A DNA stretch of 32,000 bases, taken from Dickeya solani IPO 2222. GTDB taxonomy: Bacteria; Pseudomonadota; Gammaproteobacteria; Enterobacterales; Enterobacteriaceae. Under the pieces are notes generated by a model. That model saw only the letters and a list, made by a program, of their open reading frames with translations. It did not search any database and was not told the origin of the DNA. Positions 13,670 through 32,000 of the stretch are shown piece after piece (position 1 is the stretch's first letter; the number at the start of each line of letters is the position of its first letter). The stretch is taken from assembly GCF_001644705.1 (NCBI RefSeq), contig NZ_CP015137.1, positions 1,620,001 through 1,652,000 on the forward strand, given 5' to 3'. A program made the position numbers and the translations under genes.

Positions 13670-14095
13670 ATGAGCGTTATAAAAGAGTTTCGTGAATTCG
13701 CCATGCGCGGCAACGTGGTTGACCTGGCTGTCGGGGTCATTATCGGCGCTGCGTTCGGGAAAATCGTATCGTCGTTGGTATCAGACATTATCATGCCACC
13801 ACTGGGACTATTACTCGGCGGCGTCGATTTCAAACAGTTCCATTGGGTTTTGCGAGAGGCACAAGGCAATATAGCGGCAGTCAGTATTAATTACGGCGTA
13901 TTCATTCAAAATATTTTTGATTTTATCATCGTTGCATTTGCCATTTTTATGGCTATCAAGCTAATGAATAAATTACGTCGTACCCAGCAGGAAGAGCCAA
14001 GTGCGCCGCCAAAGATCAGCGCAGAAGAAAAATTACTGACAGAGATTAGAGATTTACTCAAACAACAGGCCGATAGCCATTCCAAAAACGCATAA
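13670..14095 (+). CDS. mscL: large-conductance mechanosensitive channel
   Basis: 141 aa from the ATG at 13670. [37 protein letters not shown] is near-identical to E. coli MscL. The track ORF start at 13517 is an upstream extension overlapping trkA. Confidence 0.96.
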   Translation: MSVIKEFREFAMRGNVVDLAVGVIIGAAFGKIVSSLVSDIIMPPLGLLLGGVDFKQFHWVLREAQGNIAAVSINYGVFIQNIFDFIIVAFAIFMAIKLMNKLRRTQQEEPSAPPKISAEEKLLTEIRDLLKQQADSHSKNA

Positions 14096-14112
14096 TCGTC
14101 TTAATGACAGAA

Positions 14113-14316
14113 TTAGAAGGCCAGTGGTAAAAGCATTGTTTTCTTACCACTGGCCTCCCAATTCTTACCCTGTGTTTTTTGATGTTTCTCTTTCCGGCGA
14201 TAGCTCCCTTTCCCTTTTACATTCTGCTCAACACGCTGGCAAAACAGAGGATCATGAAGCAGCGCTTCAAGCGCGTTATCTTTTATCTGCCCTTTGGTAT
14301 GGCGATAGTGTGACAT
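14113..14316 (-). CDS. arfA: alternative ribosome-rescue factor A
   Basis: 67 aa. [42 protein letters not shown]...NWEASGKK matches E. coli ArfA (YhdL). Its position next to mscL is conserved. Confidence 0.88.
   Translation of the reverse strand: MSHYRHTKGQIKDNALEALLHDPLFCQRVEQNVKGKGSYRRKEKHQKTQGKNWEASGKKTMLLPLAF
14117..14157 (-). promoter_or_regulatory. arfA 3' coding-region hairpin (expected RNase III / termination site generating non-stop mRNA)
   Basis: Perfect 12-bp inverted repeat ggccagtggtaa (14119-14130) / ttaccactggcc (14144-14155) with a 13-nt loop. It extends to 14 bp with A-U and G-U pairs. It covers arfA codons 54-67. Confidence 0.8.
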
Positions 14317-14386
14317 AAATCTACCTCATTTGATGGATACAACATTCAAAGTGAATCGCCCTTTATAGCAAGCGGTTCAGTCATCT

Positions 14387-14764
14387 TTACCCAGAGATAT
14401 TCCTCTCCAGCCTGATGCTTAATACATGCTGATAAGACCCTTTCAGAAAATCAGTATTCACTCCTGACAACTGCAGACGCAACTCCAGCGCCTTGAGTCG
14501 CCGGGATAAATCGGCATAGTCTGCTGATGCCGGGTCAGCCGCACGCAGTAAATTTGCCAATGTCAGCGCATCTTTGCGATCGGACAGTTCAGGCGGCAAA
14601 AAACCACTATTCTTCATCAGACGGTATGCGCTACGTAGTTCAGCAGGAACGGCGCTATTGTCATCCAACTGAAGCGGCTTACCGCTTCCTGGTAAATGGT
14701 CTAACTCACCGCGTTTTTGCGCTTCAATGATATGACGCTCGGCCCATTCATCAATAGGAAACAT
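14387..14764 (-). CDS. yhdN: DUF1992 (DnaJ-C28-like) protein YhdN
   Basis: MFPIDEWAERHIIEAQKRGELDHLPGSGKPLQLDD...ELRSAYRLMKNSGFLPPEL resembles E. coli YhdN. Start placed at Met24 of the track ORF because AGGAGG lies 7 nt upstream of it. The longer 14833 start lacks an SD. Confidence 0.85.
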   Translation of the reverse strand: MFPIDEWAERHIIEAQKRGELDHLPGSGKPLQLDDNSAVPAELRSAYRLMKNSGFLPPELSDRKDALTLANLLRAADPASADYADLSRRLKALELRLQLSGVNTDFLKGSYQHVLSIRLERNISG

Positions 14765-14856
14765 AAAACGGCCTCCTGCACGATATTCACCCACATGATA
14801 GTAGATTAGAGAGTGTTCGAACAGCGACAGCAAAGCGGGGCTTAAAATGAGGGCGT

Positions 14857-14884
14857 AAAAAAACCGGGTTTCCCCGGTTTTTTT
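14857..14884 (-). terminator. intrinsic (bidirectional-type) terminator of the alpha operon after rplQ
   Basis: aaaaaaaccggg-tttc-cccggttttttt: a 7-bp stem (aaccggg/cccggtt) with a 4-nt loop, flanked by A7 and T7 runs, 14 nt after the rplQ stop. Confidence 0.9.
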
Positions 14885-14897
14885 ACGCTAGTGCAAA

Positions 14898-15314
<417 letters not shown>

Positions 15315-15330
15315 TTAACCTGTGATCCGG

Positions 15331-16320
15331 TTACTCATCAGCAATGCTTGCCGGCGGCCAGTTTTCCAGGCGCATGCCCAGAGACAGACCACGAGAAGCC
15401 AGCACGTCTTTAATCTCAGTAAGAGATTTTTTACCAAGGTTAGGCGTTTTAAGCAGCTCAACCTCGGTACGCTGTACCAGATCACCGATGTAGTGGATAG
15501 CTTCTGCCTTAAGGCAGTTAGCAGAGCGGACAGTCAATTCAAGATCGTCAACAGGGCGCAGCAGGATAGGATCGAATTCTGGTTTCTCTTCTTTCACTTC
15601 CGGCTGACGTACATCACGTAAGTCAACGAAAGCTTCCAATTGTTCAGCCAGAATGGTCGCCGCACGGCGGATCGCCTCTTCAGGATCGATCGTACCATTG
15701 GTTTCCATCTCGATAACCAGCTTGTCCAGGTCGGTACGCTGTTCAACACGAGCTGCTTCAACATTGTAAGCGATACGCTCAACAGGGCTGTAGCAAGCGT
15801 CGACTAACAGGCGACCGATCGGGCGCTCATCTTCTTCCGTATGAATACGGGCAGACGCCGGCACATAACCACGACCACGCTGAACTTTGATACGCATATT
15901 GATAGATGCGTTCTCATCGGTCAGGTGGCAGATCACATGCTGTGGCTTGACGATTTCGACATCACCGTCATGGGTGATGTCGGCTGCAGTCACAGGGCCA
16001 ATGCCAGATTTATTCAGGGTAAGAATAACTTCATCTTTGCCTTGAACTCTCACCGCCAGCCCTTTCAGGTTGAGCAGGATTTCCAGGATATCTTCCTGTA
16101 CACCTTCTTTGGTGCTGTACTCGTGCAGTACACCATCAATCTCAACCTCGGTCACCGCGCAACCAGGCATGGATGAAAGCAGAATACGGCGCAGTGCGTT
16201 ACCAAGAGTATGGCCGAAGCCCCGCTCTAACGGCTCAAGGGTCACCTTGGCGTGCGTCGAACTGACTTGCTCGATATCTACCAGGCGCGGTTTTAGAAAC
16301 TCTGTCACAGAACCCTGCAT
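15331..16320 (-). CDS. rpoA: DNA-directed RNA polymerase alpha subunit
   Basis: 329 aa. [50 protein letters not shown] = RpoA. Confidence 0.99.
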
Positions 16321-16345
16321 TGTGTCCTCTCTTTGGTACTAAGCT

Positions 16346-16984
<639 letters not shown>

Positions 16985-16996
16985 CTAAAAGCGGCG

Positions 16997-17389
<393 letters not shown>

Positions 17390-17402
17390 TCAATCACCCC
17401 GA

Positions 17403-17850
<448 letters not shown>

Positions 17851-17852
17851 TG

Positions 17853-17871
17853 GCTGGCTAATCTAGCCAGC
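17853..17871 (-). terminator. hairpin after rpmJ (partial spc-operon terminator / processing structure)
   Basis: gctggcta-atc-tagccagc: an 8-bp perfect stem, followed on the minus-strand RNA by CAAUCUUUUG (an interrupted U run). Confidence 0.4.
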
Positions 17872-17888
17872 TCAATCCAACTTTGCAA
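17860..17888 (-). promoter_or_regulatory. candidate alpha-operon promoter
   Basis: The minus strand reads TTGCAA-17 nt-TAGATT, starting 19 nt after the rpmJ stop. Pattern match only. It overlaps the hairpin above. Confidence 0.3.
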
Positions 17889-17906
17889 GAAAAATATGCG
17901 AGATAA

Positions 17907-18047
<141 letters not shown>

Positions 18048-18057
18048 CTAAACCCAA

Positions 18058-19389
18058 TTAGCGGTTATAGCCTTTCAGGTTTGCCTTCTTCAATGCAGAC
18101 TCGTACTGACTTGACATCAGCAAGGTTTGCACTTGAGCCATAAAGTCCATGATCACAACAACAACGATTAATAATGACGTACCACCGAAGTAGAACGGCA
18201 CTTTCATTGCGTCACGCATGAACTCCGGGATGAGGCAGATAAAAGTAATGTACATCGCACCGACCAGAGTCAGACGGGTCATTACTTTATCAATATACTT
18301 CGCCGTTTGCTCTCCCGGACGAATTCCTGGCACGAATGCACCGGACTTCTTCAGGTTATCTGCTGTTTCACGTGGGTTGAATACCAACGCAGTATAGAAG
18401 AAACAGAAGAAGATGATTGCAGATGCATAGAGTAGCACATAAAGCGGTTGCCCAGGCTGCAGATACAGCGAAACAGTTGTCAACCAGTTCCAACCGGTAC
18501 CGCCCCCGAACCAAGATGCAATGGTTGCCGGGAACAGGATAATACTGGAAGCAAAGATAGCCGGGATAACCCCTGCCATATTCACTTTCAGCGGTAAGTG
18601 CGTACTCTGCGCTGCGTATACGCGACGTCCTTGCTGACGTTTAGCGTAATTAACAACGATACGACGTTGACCACGCTCAATAAACACCACAAAAAACGTT
18701 ACTGCGAATACCAGCACTGCAACCAACAGCAACAGAAGGAAGTGCAGATCGCCTTGCCGCGCTTGCTCGATAGTATGGCCAATGGCCGGCGGTAACCCCG
18801 CAACGATACCGGCAAAGATTATAATCGAGATACCGTTGCCGATACCTCGTTCAGTAATCTGCTCGCCCAGCCACATCAGGAACATCGTCCCGGTAACCAG
18901 ACTGACAACAGCGGTGAAATAAAACGCAAAGCCCGGATTAATCACCAGACCTTGCATTCCAGGCATATTCGGCAAACCGGTAGCAATACCGATTGACTGA
19001 AATATTGCCAACACCAAGGTGCCGTAACGGGTGTACTGACTGATTTTACGTCGGCCAGCCTCCCCTTCCTTCTTGATTTCCGCCAGAGCCGGGTGAACCA
19101 CCGTCAACAACTGGATGATGATGGACGCCGAGATGTACGGCATAATCCCCAAAGCGAAAATCGAAGCACGGCTAAGAGCACCACCAGAGAACATGTTAAA
19201 CATTTCAATGATGGTGCCACGCTGTTGTTCGAGCAATTTGGCAAGCACAGTGGCATCAATACCAGGGATCGGAATAAAAGAACCAATACGGAAAACAATC
19301 AACGCACCGATAACAAACAACAGTCTGCGTTTCAGTTCGCCAACTCCGCCTTTAGCACTTTGAAAATCTAATCCTGGTTGCTTAGCCAT
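18058..19389 (-). CDS. secY: protein translocase subunit SecY
   Basis: 443 aa. [45 protein letters not shown] = SecY. Confidence 0.99.
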   Translation of the reverse strand: MAKQPGLDFQSAKGGVGELKRRLLFVIGALIVFRIGSFIPIPGIDATVLAKLLEQQRGTIIEMFNMFSGGALSRASIFALGIMPYISASIIIQLLTVVHPALAEIKKEGEAGRRKISQYTRYGTLVLAIFQSIGIATGLPNMPGMQGLVINPGFAFYFTAVVSLVTGTMFLMWLGEQITERGIGNGISIIIFAGIVAGLPPAIGHTIEQARQGDLHFLLLLLVAVLVFAVTFFVVFIERGQRRIVVNYAKRQQGRRVYAAQSTHLPLKVNMAGVIPAIFASSIILFPATIASWFGGGTGWNWLTTVSLYLQPGQPLYVLLYASAIIFFCFFYTALVFNPRETADNLKKSGAFVPGIRPGEQTAKYIDKVMTRLTLVGAMYITFICLIPEFMRDAMKVPFYFGGTSLLIVVVVIMDFMAQVQTLLMSSQYESALKKANLKGYNR

Positions 19390-19396
19390 CTGCTAC

Positions 19397-19831
19397 TTAT
19401 TCCTCAATTTTGCCGCCAGCAGCTTCGATAGCAGCACGAGCACCTTTGGTGACGCGCAGACCACGAATCGTTACCGGACGTGCAACTTCGCCAGACAGAA
19501 TCACTTTCGCGAATTCAATCTGAACGCCGATGACGTTAGCGGCTTTCAGCGTATTCAGATCAACAACATCGCCTTCCACGCGAGCCAGGTCAGACAGACG
19601 GATTTCCGCTGTTACCATAGCTTTACGAGAAGTGAAGCCGAACTTCGGCAGACGACGGTACAAAGGCATCTGACCGCCTTCGAAGCCACGACGTACACCA
19701 CCGCCAGAACGAGAGTTCTGACCTTTGACGCCGCGACCACCAGTCTTACCGAGGCCGGAACCGATACCGCGACCTACGCGCTTCGGCGCGTGTTTGGCGC
19801 CTTCGGCCGGAGACAGAGTATTCAAACGCAT
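19397..19831 (-). CDS. rplO: 50S ribosomal protein L15
   Basis: 144 aa. [34 protein letters not shown] = L15. Confidence 0.98.
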   Translation of the reverse strand: MRLNTLSPAEGAKHAPKRVGRGIGSGLGKTGGRGVKGQNSRSGGGVRRGFEGGQMPLYRRLPKFGFTSRKAMVTAEIRLSDLARVEGDVVDLNTLKAANVIGVQIEFAKVILSGEVARPVTIRGLRVTKGARAAIEAAGGKIEE

Positions 19832-19834
19832 CTG

Positions 19835-20530
<696 letters not shown>

Positions 20531-20535
20531 CTACC

Positions 20536-20898
<363 letters not shown>

Positions 20899-21432
20899 TT
20901 ACTTCTTCTTAGCCTCTTTGGTACGCACGACTTCATCGGCGTAACGGACACCTTTACCTTTGTAAGGCTCAGGACGACGGTAAGCGCGCAGGTCAGCCGC
21001 TACCTGACCGATCAGCTGTTTATCAGCACCTTTCAGTACGATTTCAGTCTGAGACGGACATTCAGCAGTAATGCCTGCTGGCAGTTCGTGATCGATCGGG
21101 TGAGAGAAGCCCAGGGCCAAGCTCACCACATTACCTTTCACGGCTGCACGATAACCTACACCTACCAATTGCAGCTTTTTGGTGAAGCCTTCGGTAACAC
21201 CGATAACCATACTGTTCAACAGAGCACGGGTAGTCCCTGCCTGAGCCCAGCCATCGGCAAAACCTTCGCGCGGAGCGAAAGTCAGCACGTTATCAGCTTG
21301 TTTAACTTCGACAGCGGCATTGATCTCACGAACCAACTCGCCGTTTTTACCCTTGATCGAAACATCCTGACCGTTGAGTTTTACCTCTACGCCGGCAGGA
21401 ATGACGACGGGTGCTTTTGCAACACGAGACAT
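20899..21432 (-). CDS. rplF: 50S ribosomal protein L6
   Basis: 177 aa. [33 protein letters not shown] = L6. Confidence 0.98.
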   Translation of the reverse strand: MSRVAKAPVVIPAGVEVKLNGQDVSIKGKNGELVREINAAVEVKQADNVLTFAPREGFADGWAQAGTTRALLNSMVIGVTEGFTKKLQLVGVGYRAAVKGNVVSLALGFSHPIDHELPAGITAECPSQTEIVLKGADKQLIGQVAADLRAYRRPEPYKGKGVRYADEVVRTKEAKKK

Positions 21433-21445
21433 TCTTCCCTCCCGA

Positions 21446-21844
<399 letters not shown>

Positions 21845-21871
21845 TTACTCCCGTGATTCAATTGGTGACAA

Positions 21872-23453
<1,582 letters not shown>

Positions 23454-23518
23454 CTAATGTCAACTACTACTTTTCGAACCCTTGCGGGTCATTAATACCC
23501 CATAATCGAGGGCGCAGT

Positions 23519-23527
23519 ATTATAACA
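23519..23527 (-). promoter_or_regulatory. spc-operon promoter, extended -10 element
   Basis: The minus strand reads TGTTATAAT (TGn + TATAAT) followed by the GC-rich discriminator ACTGCGCCC, about 80 nt upstream of rplN. No good -35 hexamer is present (the region overlaps the upstream terminator U-run). Confidence 0.65.
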
Positions 23528-23547
23528 CCACTTCCTGACCATGGGTA

Positions 23548-23579
23548 GAAAAAATAAACGGCCCTTTACAGAGCCGTTT
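23548..23579 (-). terminator. intrinsic terminator at the end of the S10 operon (after rpsQ)
   Basis: Minus-strand RNA aaacggcuc-uguaaa-gggccguuu forms a 9-bp stem including one G-U, followed by AUUUUUU. It starts 27 nt after the rpsQ stop. Confidence 0.8.
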
Positions 23580-23605
23580 ATTATCAAGAGAAGTGCGACA
23601 CTGTA

Positions 23606-25534
<1,929 letters not shown>

Positions 25535-25539
25535 CTACC

Positions 25540-25821
<282 letters not shown>

Positions 25822-25834
25822 TTATCCTCTAAAA

Positions 25835-28231
<2,397 letters not shown>

Positions 28232-28251
28232 TCAATCGCTCAATGACCTGA

Positions 28252-28634
<383 letters not shown>

Positions 28635-28752
28635 GTAATCGTTCGGTACATAACCCCCATATCGGGAGTATTGTTCGGCGAGTATCGGGTACCTGCCTTC
28701 GGACTCATATGTTCATATGAATCGGACCCACCATTTCAGGTGGGCCCGCGCA

Positions 28753-28780
28753 TTATACGCAAATTTGCTCAGGAAGCAAT
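28753..28780 (-). promoter_or_regulatory. S10-operon promoter
   Basis: The minus strand reads TTGCTT-16 nt-TATAAT followed by GCGCGGGCCC. It implies a leader of about 180 nt, comparable to the E. coli S10 leader. Confidence 0.65.
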
Positions 28781-28801
28781 CGAAAGTTAGAAGTGATGTT
28801 T

Positions 28802-28846
28802 TATTCGCCAGCTGCCGACTGGACAACAGTCGTATCGCAGCGAATA
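28802..28846 (-). other. imperfect 45-bp palindrome just after the bfr stop (possible U-tract-less terminator or stabiliser)
   Basis: Outer stem tattcgc/gcgaata (28802-28808 / 28840-28846) and inner stem cgactg/cagtcg (28816-28821 / 28827-28832) are separated by a 7x7 internal loop. No flanking U run on either strand. Confidence 0.3.
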
Positions 28847-28860
28847 TCGGGTGGGGAAAA

Positions 28861-29334
28861 TCACTCTTCTTTCAATTGCGTTTGCAGGTAATTTTGGATA
28901 CCCAGACGCGTAATCAGTTCCAGTTCGGTTTCCAGCCAGTCAATGTGCTCTTCTTCATCAGCGAGCACATCGATCATCAGATCGCGACTGACATAATCCC
29001 TCACCGAGTCGGCATAGGAGATCGCCTCGCGTAAATCCCTTGCACCTTCAAGCTCCAGCGCCAGGTCTGAACGCAGCATCTCCTCAATATCTTCGCCGAT
29101 ATTAAGCTTGCCAAGATCCTGCAGATTAGGGACACCTTCCAGAAAAAGGATACGCTCGATATAACGATCCGCGTGTTTCATTTCGTCAATCGACTCATGA
29201 TACTCATGCTCGTTAAGACGTTTGAGTCCCCAGTTTTTGAACATGCGGGCATGAAGAAAATACTGGTTGATTGCAACCAGCTCGTTACCCAACAGTTTGT
29301 TCAGGTGTGTAATGACATTCTTATCGCCTTTCAT
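28861..29334 (-). CDS. bfr: bacterioferritin
   Basis: 157 aa. [36 protein letters not shown]. Ferroxidase and haem ligands are in place (E18, E51, M52, H54). Confidence 0.97.
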   Translation of the reverse strand: MKGDKNVITHLNKLLGNELVAINQYFLHARMFKNWGLKRLNEHEYHESIDEMKHADRYIERILFLEGVPNLQDLGKLNIGEDIEEMLRSDLALELEGARDLREAISYADSVRDYVSRDLMIDVLADEEEHIDWLETELELITRLGIQNYLQTQLKEE

Positions 29335-29408
29335 GACTCTGCTCCTCCGCTCCAGTACTAAAAAGTGTAGAAGCGGTCAACACAGAGTCAAAAGAATGCC
29401 CTTATCAC

Positions 29409-29603
29409 TTATGCGACTTTATACAATTCCGCATTTTTTGCTGTTTCTTCTTCCAGGATTACCCTGGCCTGACGGATGCATTTACCACACTCCGTCCCAA
29501 CCGGTACAAATTGCTTCAATTGCTTCAGCGACTGGGGCTGATGCTGACGAACGACCTGTCGAATGACTTTATCGGAAACGGCATTGCACAGACAGACATA
29601 CAT
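29409..29603 (-). CDS. bfd: bacterioferritin-associated ferredoxin
   Basis: 64 aa from [16 protein letters not shown]...[11 protein letters not shown], with the CxC...CxxC [2Fe-2S] motif. It aligns with the E. coli Bfd start. The track ORF begins 5 codons earlier (29618). Neither start has a strong SD, so the start is uncertain. Confidence 0.85.
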   Translation of the reverse strand: MYVCLCNAVSDKVIRQVVRQHQPQSLKQLKQFVPVGTECGKCIRQARVILEEETAKNAELYKVA

Positions 29604-29637
29604 ATGCGGATAACTCATTTTTTAACCAATTACACGC

Positions 29638-29666
29638 ATTGTAAATAAGAATGGTTTTTATTTCAA
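29638..29666 (-). promoter_or_regulatory. candidate bfd-bfr promoter with overlapping weak Fur-like box
   Basis: The minus strand reads TTGAAA-17 nt-TACAAT. The spacer sequence AATAAAAACCATTCTTATT (29644-29662) matches 11/19 of the Fur consensus GATAATGATAATCATTATC. Confidence 0.45.
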
Positions 29667-29683
29667 TTCTTCTCTGCGAGAAT

Positions 29684-29710
29684 AAAAAAAGGTACCGAAG
29701 TACCCTTTTT
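29684..29710 (-). terminator. intrinsic terminator after tufA (end of the str operon)
   Basis: Minus-strand RNA aaaaa-ggguac-uucg-guaccu-uuuuuu: a 6-bp stem with a UUCG tetraloop, an upstream A run and a downstream U7 run. It starts about 20 nt after the tufA stop. Confidence 0.88.
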
Positions 29711-29731
29711 CTTTATTTTAGCTATCGGCAA

Positions 29732-30931
<1,200 letters not shown>

Positions 30932-30987
30932 TCAAATGCTCTCCCCTGACGGAGAGAGCACGGGATCAATGTGTTGTTAAACCCGAA

Positions 30988-32000
<1,013 letters not shown>

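Overview
Core chromosomal window from an Enterobacterales genome. It is close to E. coli but not identical, and the genus cannot be determined without a database search. Gene order is colinear with the E. coli K-12 rrnD-to-fusA segment. Contents, in order: a minus-strand rRNA operon (partial 23S, tRNA-Glu(UUC) spacer, complete 16S, tandem P1/P2 promoters); yrdA; the minus-strand cluster yrdB-aroE-tsaC-yrdD-smg-dprA; def-fmt-rsmB-trkA-mscL on the plus strand; arfA and yhdN; the complete alpha, spc and S10 ribosomal-protein operons (26 r-protein genes plus rpoA and secY); bfr-bfd; tufA; and the 3' part of fusA. Totals are 46 protein genes, 2 rRNAs and 1 tRNA. I find no mobile element, CRISPR array, defence or toxin cassette, or unexplained ORF. 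Every gap over 100 bp is filled by a recognisable promoter, leader or terminator. I therefore do not think this window holds a novel system. The findings are modest second-look items: the arfA non-stop hairpin, absent zntR, a GATC cluster at yrdA/rrn P1, a bfd promoter with a weak Fur-like box, a fmt-rsmB hairpin, the rrn spacer type, and the poorly characterised smg and yrdD genes. The many long plus-strand ORFs in the track opposite r-protein genes and tufA are antisense shadow ORFs. ORFs inside the rRNAs are artefacts.
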